The notes under the pieces: model-generated
What the model was told of the DNA's origin: nothing
Seen by the model: the letters and a program-made list of their open reading frames with translations, nothing else
Database searches by the model: none
Shown: positions 1 through 12,100 of the stretch, in pieces
How positions within the stretch are numbered: position 1 is the stretch's first letter
How the letters are laid out: each line of letters opens with the position of its first letter
Program-made: the position numbers and the translations under genes
DNA from: Phoronis australis
Lineage: Eukaryota > Animalia > Phoronida
DNA: 64,000 bases
Reading direction: 5' to 3'
Assembly: GCA_002633005.1 (NCBI GenBank)
Contig: NMRA01000309.1
Location: 62,001-126,000 of the forward strand

Positions 1-1869
1 CACATCAAAAAGTCTCTATGTCAATTGAGACGTTTGTGAAGACTGTACAGTACTCTATGCTGTACGTGGCTATAAAATCAACGCAACTGAACAGTGACGA
101 TCAGGGTAGAGAAACAATTGTCATTGTCCTCATATATACTAGTGGCAAATTAATACTGAATCGCATTACATCGGGACACAATAACTGACCTCTTCCCAGT
201 GTTTTAGAGCATGGACATTGAAATTCAGCAGACAATGCATGTGGGTTCAGATGTAATATTTGACCACTAGTTACAGTCAGTTTTTACAGAGTCCAGCCAT
301 AATAAGAAACAGTCCAGCCAGGAAATTTACAACATTAACTACTAACTTATTTATCCACCATGCCACTGGCAACTGAACATGATGTAAAACTACAGTCTAG
401 CTATGTTGTAGTAACTGACCATTATGAAACTTTTCCTTGTTCATACACACACTCTTAAATTGGAGGTACAGATTACAATGTGCTTAACAGAATTAAGTTA
501 TTTTAGATGTATGGGGTTAAACAAGTAGTCCTAGAAAAGCCTTAACAAAATAAGAAAACGCAAATTCAGTCACAAAAATGTAGGCCCGTCAAATGATAGG
601 TGAAGCTGCCTTTTAGTGCTATATTGCATCACCGCGAGATCCCAGGCAGAACAACACAAGGCCTATAACAGTTGTATTGAGTAGGGGTCTGAATAGGACA
701 CCATTGTGTGTTGGTGTTATTCGCAGCTGTTTGATTTTCGCAGTGACATAGGCAAAAGCAAGCCAATACGCCTAATAGTTTGCTACATTTGACAATTTAT
801 GGCACTAGTGGGCGCAGAATAATGCTCTTAACACACTGTGGGAACCAAATTTATTGGTGTTACTCTTTAAGATAGGTTTTAAATCAGTTTTCACCACAAA
901 GGCAACTGACCAATTACTCAATGAAGAGGTACAAATATGATATTACTGAAATCAGTCCTCAAATCCATTAAAACATTACTTTCAAAATGCAATTGGCATT
1001 GCCTTAAAGGGTTAACACAGAACATTATTTCTAATTTAACAGGCTCCACCATTTTTTCCTCTTCTCAAGGTCCAAAGGGTATTTATAAAGGATACAATGC
1101 ACCATGATATCAACAAAGAAAACGGGTTGTTCAATCATTTTTGCCATGGAGATACAATTTACCCAATTACCCATAACTGCATGGGTGCTAACAAAGAAAC
1201 CCCAGGAAACTTTCAAAAGATATAGACTTTACCAAAACCCATTAGTGTGGTGAGGTAGAATGAAATTTGGCTTGCATTTTTTAAGATAATCAAGCCACAA
1301 TGCTCCCTGTAACGAAATGTTACAAGCCTCTAAGGGTCAGCAGAAAACTTAAAGCAGTTATAAACTTGTGTTTCGTCCAAGAAGCCAAGACAACTTACAG
1401 AGCCTCGTCTCAAGAAATAACGGGCTGTCTGTCAGTCCATTCGAAGCCCGGAGACCAATTTCATGATGGAAATCAGGTTTGCTAAGCTATGACACTAAAC
1501 TGGAGTCTGATAGCAAATGCACAAGTAAACATAACCAGAGTAGGAGGTAAAGCTAAATAATCGGGCACTTTTGTGACACAATTTATTTTATGAAAGGTAA
1601 GTGAGCTATATTTGTTTTTTGAGCCAAAGTCTGAAGACCAAAGTAGGCTTAGCCAATCAGTAATAATCAACTAACATCTCATATAGTTAATTTGTTCACC
1701 AGAGGTCACTATAAAATGCAGTGGTTTTCATGATTTGTTGACCTCATCCAGTGGTGAGTTGACTTCAGGCAGTATTGTCAAATAAAGCATTGGAAGTAGA
1801 CAAGTCGGTGCACTCATTCATTGTGCATCTTGGAAACACACACTTTTTAAACAACTTGCGTATTTGACA

Positions 1870-2658
1870 CTAAGGAGACAACAGGTTTTTTTCCATTTTC
1901 TCAGCAACTTTCTTTTGTATCATAGCACCATAAAAGTCATGTAGTTCTTGGAAGTTTTTAGGTTTTCCTCCTTTTATCATTACACTTATTGGCTGTTGCT
2001 CACTGGGTTCAGCTCTTATCTTAGGTAGAGGGGGGCGTGGAGGGGGGTGAGCAGACCGAGTTGGATTAAAGACAGGAGCTCCAAATGCATCCAACTCTCC
2101 TGACTGCACAGTGTTGAAAGGATTGAATCTTGCCCCATGCTCAGGTTGAGCAGACGGTGTTCTCCTTGTATCTTCAAAACTAATAAGTGAAGCAATGTCA
2201 CTAGCGGCAGTACTATTGGCAGTTGAGTTCCTGTGTGCTAAAAGATTTGCATGCTCTGCAGCTGTGATCTCATCTAACTGACGTTGTAGTTCAGACACCA
2301 TCAGCTTCATGTACTCGTAATTTGCACATGCTATAGCTTTCATCCATCCTTCCATTTCTCCTTGGCTCTCGGCTGTTAAATAATAAATTCGACTGCCCGG
2401 CCCTTGGAACTTGATTTGAAATGTGTAGGTATCTGTGTACATTTCAGCAAGTTCTACTGTGCATCCTTCTAGAATTATCAAACCAACGGGCTCTCTGTCA
2501 CCTTTCTTTTCAAAATAGTACAGCAAATTCCCCTTCAGTAAAAACCATCTTTTCTGAAAACCCTTATTCACTTCCCCTCTCTTCTGCAGATGGCCTTCCT
2601 TGTCAACTGGGGAATTACAAGTTGAGAAGAAGACAACGTTTTTCTCATTTAATCGCAT
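1870..2658 (-). CDS. PHETA1: Sesquipedalian/PHETA (FAM109/IPIP27) PH-domain endocytic adaptor, intronless, 262 aa
   Basis: ATG at 2658 (MRLNEKNVV...). PH domain KEGHLQKRGEVNKGFQKRWFLLKGNLLYYFEKK...MEGWMKAI, coiled coil (LMVSELQRQLDEI), NPF motif, Pro-rich PPPRPPLP and a C-terminal F&H OCRL-binding motif FQELHDFYG. The track's start at 2754 is a non-ATG extension. Invertebrate co-ortholog of PHETA1/2. Confidence 0.9.
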   Translation of the reverse strand: MRLNEKNVVFFSTCNSPVDKEGHLQKRGEVNKGFQKRWFLLKGNLLYYFEKKGDREPVGLIILEGCTVELAEMYTDTYTFQIKFQGPGSRIYYLTAESQGEMEGWMKAIACANYEYMKLMVSELQRQLDEITAAEHANLLAHRNSTANSTAASDIASLISFEDTRRTPSAQPEHGARFNPFNTVQSGELDAFGAPVFNPTRSAHPPPRPPLPKIRAEPSEQQPISVMIKGGKPKNFQELHDFYGAMIQKKVAEKMEKNLLSP

Positions 2659-3114
2659 GGTTTCATGAAGAGTAAAACGAATCCTGTAGCTGTTGGCATG
2701 CGCACCTGCGAAAATTCCACAAAATATAGCGAAGTTGTTCTGGCTTGGCAGCAACGTTTACGCTGTCAATCGAAACCGGAAATTTGTCTAGGTTCACTTG
2801 TTGACCTAAATAACGATAAATCGAGAACATTTCGATTCTAGATCATTTATAAACTTTAGCAATGTTTGAACATTGTTTACGGTACGAAGTCAGTAAGCGT
2901 CTGTACATATAATAAACAACTTGTTCAAATTCTATAGAAACATGATATTTGATATCGTGATTTATGGTCGTAATTGGAGACTACTTTACGGCACCGTTCA
3001 TGGCAACATCAAGCGATGTTTCTTTCGAACACATTGAAATAAGATTTCAAAACTATTGAAACGCAATAATCGACGTCGCAGTGCAGTTGAAATTGGCTCT
3101 GATGTCTGGAAAAT
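2659..3114. promoter_or_regulatory. Putative bidirectional promoter between PHETA and TTLL9, with an RFX X-box-like motif
   Basis: Only about 456 bp lie between the divergent ATGs; the stretch is locally CpG-richer; GTTCATGGCAAC at 2996-3007 resembles the X-box consensus GTTNCCATGGNAAC. Confidence 0.5.
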
Positions 3115-6100
3115 ATGTCCAAAGACACTAGAGTCAACAAAAGTGTAAGTTGTTGTTATACACGACTCCGACAATCCGACATTTACTGAGTTCCGTTAGG
3201 CTACGTACTTGCTTTCACAGCTCAGGCCTGAGAACATTCATTACATTGCCATGCATTATGATACAGGCTCCTTTAATCAGCCTTCGACGATATACTATAA
3301 TAATAATATTGTAGTATATCGTCGAGGGCCGATTAAAGGTGCCTGTGCCAGAGACATAATGCCAGTGACTTTACAAGACTTATGCCAGTTCTGAACATCT
3401 AATAACTGTCTCCTTGCATTACTTGCTGAGCACAGTCTTTTATATGATACTGAGACATGTGGAGGCCAACATGATCCGCGTTTGATGAGGAGTTTATAAT
3501 TTTTATTGGTTTATGTTCAAACAGCTTATAACTTATCTTTCATTTTTAACAACACAGCCTGGGTAGGCTAGAAGATCTTATTCTTATGGGGATTAGACTT
3601 AGAGTCATTATCAATCAAAAGAGAGCTGGCCCTCCAATGTTATACCACAAATTGAGTTAATCAGTTGTGAATGTTACTGGTTACACTGTTCATTGGGCCA
3701 ACTTGTTCATTTTCTATCCGATTGAACATGTTGGAGTCCATTGGAGAAAGTCCTATTGACAGAGCACGCGCTTAAAGTTAGTGACCACCGTCTCTAGCTG
3801 GCCCCAGTATAGAGACGGTGAAACTGATATACAGGCACTTCATACGCAAATTGCCTAACACTGATTAAAAAATCAAGGTCACATTGTTATACCTTTTGCA
3901 ACTAGAGGGACTTCTAAGGAGGTTGTTTATATTTTAATTCCTTACAACTCAAATGAATACTATCGCAATCAAACTTTATCTTCAAGGAGCCCTTTGTTCA
4001 GTTGCCCAAATGGGCAAGTGGCCATGTCTAACACTGTGTGTCCTGCTGGCGGGTGCGGTAAAATAGAACTGCATGTAAATTTTTAAATCATCGAGGTCAA
4101 CCTCCATGACCCCGGGTATGAGCCAAGAAGTAACACATGACTGATGATCACCCAGAGTTCACTAGTATTTGTATTGACTATTCACTTTTTATTTCAGATC
4201 CCCAATTATATGGGTAAAACTGTCCAGAAAAAAGGAATTGGGTATGAGTGATTGATTTGTTGATGATGTGCTTTGGTAGTGTGCATTGAAAACTAAACAT
4301 TTGATTGTGTTTAACATCTTGTTTCCTGTGAAAGATAGACTGTCTGTTGATATAGTTTGCCAGTTTGTAGTGAATTCCCATTCAAGTTCATTGTCAACCT
4401 TTACAAAATCCTGTTTGTATTTTATCAGATAAAGTTTAAATTGTTCATTTCAACCCATAAAAGTTTATATTTTCTTTATCCTCAATGAATGACAAATATA
4501 TATCTTCCGAAGTGACACATCTGTTTATATTTACACGAGTGAATCAGATTTTTTTATTTACCCTCAAACAACAGATATCTGCCACCAAAGTTTTTTGAGA
4601 CGTCGTCACAAGTCATTGTTTAACATATGACCACCAATACCTGTATTTTTCAAAAGAAAATCAAATGTCTGAGACACATTTGCCCCGGCCATAGACAATA
4701 TAACGAGACTTTCAAAATATTGCTAGTAAAAGAGAAATCCAAGGCGTCAGTGTTCAAAACTGCTTAAAACATAGAAACTGGAAATGGCCAAAAAGATTGG
4801 TCACTTAATTGAAATCAAGTGAAATTATTCCGGACTACTTTTATATTTTGTGCATAAATAATGCATTTAAGAAAAGGTCAGTTGTAGTAAAAAAATATGT
4901 TAAATGTAATTTCAAACAACACATAGATATTGAATTTTTTGGAGGAAATGTCCGTGAAGGTTGACAATTATCTCAATTTAATTAATTTAATTCTAACAAA
5001 ACTAAAACTTCATAAAAACTTTGTTCTGTTGCCGATGCTCTGTATGTAACAAATTAACCATTTTTTGTTTTACTAAGAACTGTGAACAACATTTTAGACA
5101 TAAAACTTAGAGCATGTTAACTAAACATGTTACAACATTGTGCTTTTGCTGTGACTGTTGGTAATAGTAATTTAGAATGTCCTGCTCACTGGCACCTGAT
5201 GTGACTGGCGTGCTCTTTACTCTGAAGCAACACTGGTTTGAATTCTGAAGATGTTGCTATTAAACTATACTTGTCTTCCGTGTGTCACAGTTTTTCTTAA
5301 CTTTGATATTCCTTTTTAGGGACCGCGCTATAAGATTTAAGTGTTCTCTTCAAAACACCATACTTGATGTTCTGAGAGCCAGGGGCTGGCAGGAGATTGC
5401 TGGGTAGGTATGGCTGGCGTTTGTCACTGCTATGGATTATTGATAATTGCTACTTAGGTTGTATGAAACTTCAATTTGAACTTACCAGAATATATTTTCA
5501 TCAGGCTTGTCATTATGTAATCGTTGTCACTTGTTGTGTTCAAAAGTATTGTTTTGTTCACTGCTGTTATTTGGAATACACCCTGTTTGTAGTATTTTGA
5601 CTTCCAGTCTTGTGCTGTGTCATTAATATTCACACTCATGTAGACCTACCACTTAAAGCTGGTAAATGTGCCAGGTTTTGAATGTGAGAGTACATTTAAC
5701 TAAAGGTGCATTATTTCTTCAGAAGTGTACTGTAACAGTATTTGCTTAAGTGGTAAAACCTCTTGCACTGAGCATATAATCACCATGCATTGATAGAAAC
5801 AAACATATATATGCAGTGCCATCCTTTTTGTTCATTTTTGGGTGAAGCCTCTTGTTTTGGTTCTGTGTATAACGGCGAGTTCCTTATCATTACAGCTAGT
5901 CATTAATTGGACATGATAAAGCCGTGGTCCAGGTGGAGTTTATTTGATTGCCTCGGTGGGAAGATCCAACTTGGCTATCTTGATTTATTTAAATTTGAAT
6001 TTGAATTCTATACTTTGTCTTCAAGTTGATGTAATTAGCATTGCATTGTGTGTTAATACATTTGGAAAAATATTGTATTAACTAACATTGAATTTAGTGT

Positions 6101-9100
6101 TTAATAAAAATATCATGATTTATCTCACTTATATTTCTTAGTTCTTGATTGATCAACTTGTTTAAGTGTCGTTTTTTACAAAGTTGAGACATGCCACTGT
6201 GGACAGTTCAAGTATTGTAATTTTTCAGCCATTTTGATTTGTACAGCCAAAAACCATATGGTGCTGAAAATCAGGCGTACGCGGGATAATCTTAATTCTT
6301 TTTTTACTTAACCTTGGTAAAGTGTAATTTTAGTTCCTATAGCAACCTGAGGCTTCACCCTAAATTTGAGGTCTAATCTTGCAGCTGTAAATGTGAAAGA
6401 TTGGCGCATGGATAGTAATCGGAAGCATCCCACACTAGCTTTGGACAATTTTTAGTTAAGTCTTCTAGTTAATGTTGGGCACTTACTGATCCTGCATGTT
6501 GTTTTTTTTCCGGAATGATATCCACTTTCATACATCTACGTTTGTACCACAGACAAGGGCTACCGTTTCACGGCACAAGTTTTAATTTGTTCTTCTTTGT
6601 TGCCTCTAGTGAAGGTGAGTGGGACTTCTACTGGTGTGACAGAGAATGGCTTAAAGAGAACTACGACCATATCTACCTGCAGGAGCACGTACGGATCTGC
6701 CATTTCAGAAATCACTTTGAGGTTTATCTCTATTTCATTTGATTTAGGATAGCGTGGTGCAGGAATAGTGTCTTTGTGTCCGCCTTCTGCAGACTAAACC
6801 TGAACTGTCTGTTCATGTTTTGACAAAATTTTTTTATCAGAACGTCAAATTTCATCAACACTTGTTTGAACTTGATTTACTTTTGGACAAAAAATTCTGT
6901 GCATAGTTCTGTGGTAAGTTTAACAGACATTTCAGGCTTAGTGATCGCTGATAACTGTACTCTTCTCCATGTTTTAGGTAGATGAATGACAGTTTCCCTG
7001 TTTGCGTTAATATGTTTTCTCTCATTTCTTTACCTTAGTTTGGCAATTCACATCCTAATGGCTTACTTGAAGCAGAATTAAACCTAATGTTTTAAGTTTT
7101 GAGTTTGGTCACTTATAATTATTGATCTTATCTTGTTCCTTACTCAGTTTAGAAATGCTCGGTAAGATCTTCCAGGTTCTTAGGGCTTCACACTGAACTC
7201 GTCAAATTTCATTTCAAGCTGTGACTTGAAATTTTATGTGCAAGTAACAAAGTGTCAGTTCTTTCAAAGACCAAAAGCACCTCCAATCTGAATATGGAAT
7301 AACTTGATAACATAAAGTGTAAGTGGTCAAAGTCAAAACTTGTTTTTGTGATGGAAGGTGGGTTGATAGCTGCTTCAACAACAGGTGGCAGTGCTTGTTT
7401 AGTCTGTTTTGTATTTCCACTGATCATTACTCTTCATTTTCATTCCTTTGTCTTTCTTCCCTATGATTGGTATGTTTGTTGTAATTTATTATGCACATCA
7501 CATAACCTACATAGTGTGATTGCTCTGAACCTAAGGATGGCATAAGATGTTATTCTACGAAGTGTGTTTATTTGTTAATATTTTTTAGTTCTGAAATTAG
7601 TTGCGCATATAGTCAGATTTATAATAAGTCAATTTTTGACTGTGTAGAGACAATGGCGATTGGGATTTTTACTGGATTGATGTGGGCTGGATGAAAGAGC
7701 TGTTTGATCATGGCTACTTTGAAGAACACGTCAAAATCTCACATTTTCGCAATCACTACGAGGTACTCCAGTGTTGTGCACACAAGTTGACAGATACTTT
7801 TCTGGCATCTGTGTCCATAGATTGAACTGTTTTGTACTTTGAGTTCTGTTGCTAGACAACACATCATGTCCCTGGGTGTGTGTTTATAATGTAATTGTTT
7901 CCGAAACTTTTGATGATTAATGCATATTTATTGCGTGACGAGTGTAAAATTGTGGATTACTGTGACTGGATCATATTACTAACTGACTGGCGTGGCTTGC
8001 TAATTCCAGTGCACTTTTTTGTTAATTGTGCCATTAGAAAGAATTATTGTAATTGTGTTTCATTATGCTTTTGTGCAAGTTGCAATTGAAATGAACTTTG
8101 ATTAACGAAGTCTTGATGAGAATTTGGCCTACGGGTTAATAACGGCATGTTTAACTAGTGTCTGTAAAATAAACGAACTGTAGGATGTGCTTTTAAATCT
8201 TATTTTGTATTATTTGTTTTAGTTAACTAGGAAAAACCTTATGGTGAAAAATTTGAAACGTAGCCGAAAACTTGCTGAAAGAGAAGATGGAAAATCAGCT
8301 GCTGCTGCTTTTGACTTTTACCCTACAACATTTGAACTTCCTGTGAGTATTTGAAGGTCAATCTTCTAATTGTGTACTGCAATTTAAATTTGTTACCTCA
8401 GAGCAAACCACATACGCTGTGCAGTGTGTGATATGGCAAAAATTGTGACACACTGAGGAGGCTGTTGACATTTTGTTGATCATCAACATTTCCTTTTTGT
8501 AATATTTTTATGTCGTTTTTATTGTTAGATTTCACCATACAGTTAATATCTTAAGAATTATATGGATACACAAGACCATGGTTTTACTGCTCGTTATTGC
8601 ATGATAGGTTTTGCTTTACACCATCAACGTTTTTTACATATTCCAACAAGCTCGAATGTGAAATGTCTGAATGCACTGCGGGTCATTTTGACCATCATTG
8701 ATGATAATCCCTTAATTGATGCTAAAAAATCTTCCATTGTATTTTAGGTTTCCTCATTTTTATTTTGTAGTCTGAATACCACATTTTTGTTGAAGAGTTC
8801 AAGAAGAACCCAGGAACTGTGTGGATCATGAAGCCAGTGGCTAAGTCTCAGGGGAAAGGCATCTTTCTTTTCAGGAAACTTAAAGAAATTACTGACTGGA
8901 AAAAGGTTGGATTCTCCTGTTTAAAGTTGAAACTAATTCAGAATGTTTTTTCTTCGTTTGTTTCACCGGGTCAATAATGATAAACTTCAAGGTAATATAA
9001 AGTAAGAGTGAAGTACCTTATTAAGCTATTAAATATCCCATGAGCCTCATTCCAATCACAGTGGGGAAACAACAAGTTTTAACTTGCATTCTTTAATGGT

Positions 9101-12100
9101 TCGATGTTTTGTAAGTCACTAAATTTAATCAAAATATTCGACACTGGCCACACACAAGTCCATAATTTCAAGTACAGTATGAGAACAATGCTTGGTAAAG
9201 AACTGGGTTGAGTGCTAAGTAAATAAGCCCAATTTTACATGGCATCTGGGATCTGACAATGAAATTCACTTTACTTTTAAGAATGTCTGAAACCTTATTC
9301 ACAAAAATTTCCGTTTTTACAGTATTTCACATGTCTAGCAAAATACCTTAATATCTTCATCCTCGGGAAACGTCATGTATGAAACATATACCGTGTAGCA
9401 AGAAAAAGATTTTTAGCAGAACCTATTGTTTACTGTTTATTCGAGGTGAAAGGTTAAAGGGATGTCACGAAACATAGATCAGTTCCATATGTACCCTCAG
9501 TCCCTTCATTCACCGAGTCATCATGATATTGAGTCAACGAGGTGTACATAGCGCAGAAAGATGCTGTGGAAAACAAAATCTAAGCGAAGTTTTGATCCCA
9601 AGGGGCTGTGCATCTGCTTGCCTATGACCATTGAGTCCAAGTTACCGCAACGCCTCTGTGACTGTATTCACGAATACAGCAGGTTGTGAAATAATTAAAG
9701 ATAATTCTCACCCAAATTCATTAAATAAATTTGATCCGTAACTTCACATTTTGCTGCTTCAAGCTCGTGCTCGTGACGCACTTTAACCACCGACTTGATT
9801 TCTATTTACTGTGCATTTCATAGTTGGTTTCTTGATATCAGTCTCCCTGGCACGTGGTGTGTCTGACAATGAACTGTTAACCTAGTACTTAACTGCTTAC
9901 CCCACCTTTGACCTACTTTGACTCATGGCACATTCACGAAATTAAAATGTTTTAATGGTAATTAATTTAATTACATACTGAAAAATTGTGACTGATTATT
10001 GAAATAGCAAACATGGTTAAGGCATGTACATGTATTGACCAAAGACAAGTTAAGTAAAATCGGAATTCAGATGCTCCAATATGAAGGTTCAGCAGCAACC
10101 TGATAATATTATTTCGACGGCGCTGTAATTTATCGTCTTTGTTTGTTTTAGACAATCCTAAATACCATGAACAGCAATTGTAGTCGAAATGACACAGAAT
10201 CAGAGCCGAAACTAACATACCTTTAGTAATGGATTCTAAATGGTTACGCTGGCAATATAATAATTGAATATTGTATTTAAGTTTGACTGTTGTATATTAA
10301 TTTTTATTAAGTAAGCGAAACTGTTGACTCAAAACGAGCATATTTTTCACATTGTATCCATTGTGTTTGCTTCTGTTTTAAGGGTGAATATCAGATTCAG
10401 TCAGATCCTAACCGAGAAGCTCCTGAGACATACGTAGTGCAACGGTATATTGCGGATCCATACCTCATTAACGGCAGAAAATTCGATATTCGAATTTATG
10501 TTCTAGTCACATCAGTAAGTTTTCCTTTTTAACAATTCTTGTGTACCGACCTTTAATCAAATAGTTCCCCTCCCCCTTCCCCAGCTGAAAATGTGCATGA
10601 GTTGTCATTCACTGCCAATTTTGGCCACAAAATATGTGTTCACAGAGAGTGCTCACTAACATGCCTGAATGTCAGCAGATTAATGCAATGGCCTTTGGCT
10701 GTAGGCAGAAGTGATGTGGCCTTATACTAAATAGTTTACTTGTGCCGTGATGATTGTTGTGTTTTGCCAGCATATACCTAATCTGCCTTTTTTCAGCCAG
10801 ATCAAAACAATATTCTCATGAACAGTGATAACATGCAAGCATGCCATTTCACTGACTGAGTGTCTGTAGGTTACTGTAAGCTTGGTGGGTGCTGCTGAAT
10901 GTTATAAACGTGACGGTGTTCTTCATCTTTTTCAGTATGTGCCATTAAAAGCTTGGCTGTACAGAAGTGGATTTGCCCGTTTTTCCAACACAAAATTCTC
11001 TCTGGACTCTATCGATGACACGTGTATCCTTTAGCAATGTGCTACGCTCATGTTTTAAGCACTGCACCTCATAATTTGTTATTAAATAATTAAAACCCAT
11101 TCGGTTTGTCATGTCATCACTGTGCATTCACAGACTAGTTATTTTCTAATTGTGTCGTTTTTAAACATTTTAAAGTTTGTTCCTGATCAAAAAGTGACAA
11201 GGAAACTGAGTCATCAGTAATTATTACCAATTGAATAAACTGGATAAACCTCATACTGTGTTAGGTATGTTCATACTGACCTTTGAACTCTTCTATTCTC
11301 TTGAATGGTGCAATATTACATATAAATATCAATATAACTATATATAGGAGATGTGTGGTTTTATGGAGATATGCTGTTAGTGCATGATTCTCAGGGCTCT
11401 GTATCATGAAAAGTGTCGCGAGACTCAAGTCAAAAATTGATCTTGTGCTCCACACAACTATGACTGAAAAATAATTGAAATATCACCAGAACATAAATGC
11501 AAAGTCTCATAGAAGGTATAATACATATTAAATGCTAGAAGCTGAAATAATTTCTATAGATCATTTCTAAAATGTGATGCACTCATATTTGCATGGATTG
11601 GCTAAACAAACCAACAACTGTGGTGCGCTCATATTTGCCTGGCTAAACATTTTCCAACAACTATGAAGTGGAAGCGTGAGACCAAATAGCTGTCTTGTTA
11701 ATAATTTTATGCTCTCATAAAACAGATCCCTGTTGATTACTGTGTTGTTGTTGGTTGGTTGTTCCACCCCAGAAAGATAGAAAGATGGACTAAAATGATG
11801 ATTTTTAAGGATGGGGCCTAAACATTTAGCTCTTTTTATATGAAAGTGTGATTTGTATACTTTTGAGAGCTCATGTGATGTGCTGCTGGTAATACATAGT
11901 TTACAAATAACGTACATCACACCCTCTATTTTGACACAAATTACTTATGTCACACCCTCTATTCTGAACTCTAAATACTTTTCTTGACTTGAAACTCAGT
12001 TGTTCATCTAACAAATGTGGCCATACAGAAGACAGCTCCTGATTATGATCCTGAGAAGGGCTGTAAATGGTCTACTGAACAGTTGAAGAGATATTTAATA

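Noticed and set aside
2659-2754. 32-aa N-terminal extension of PHETA
   Set aside because: Non-ATG start; family similarity begins at MRLNEK (2658).
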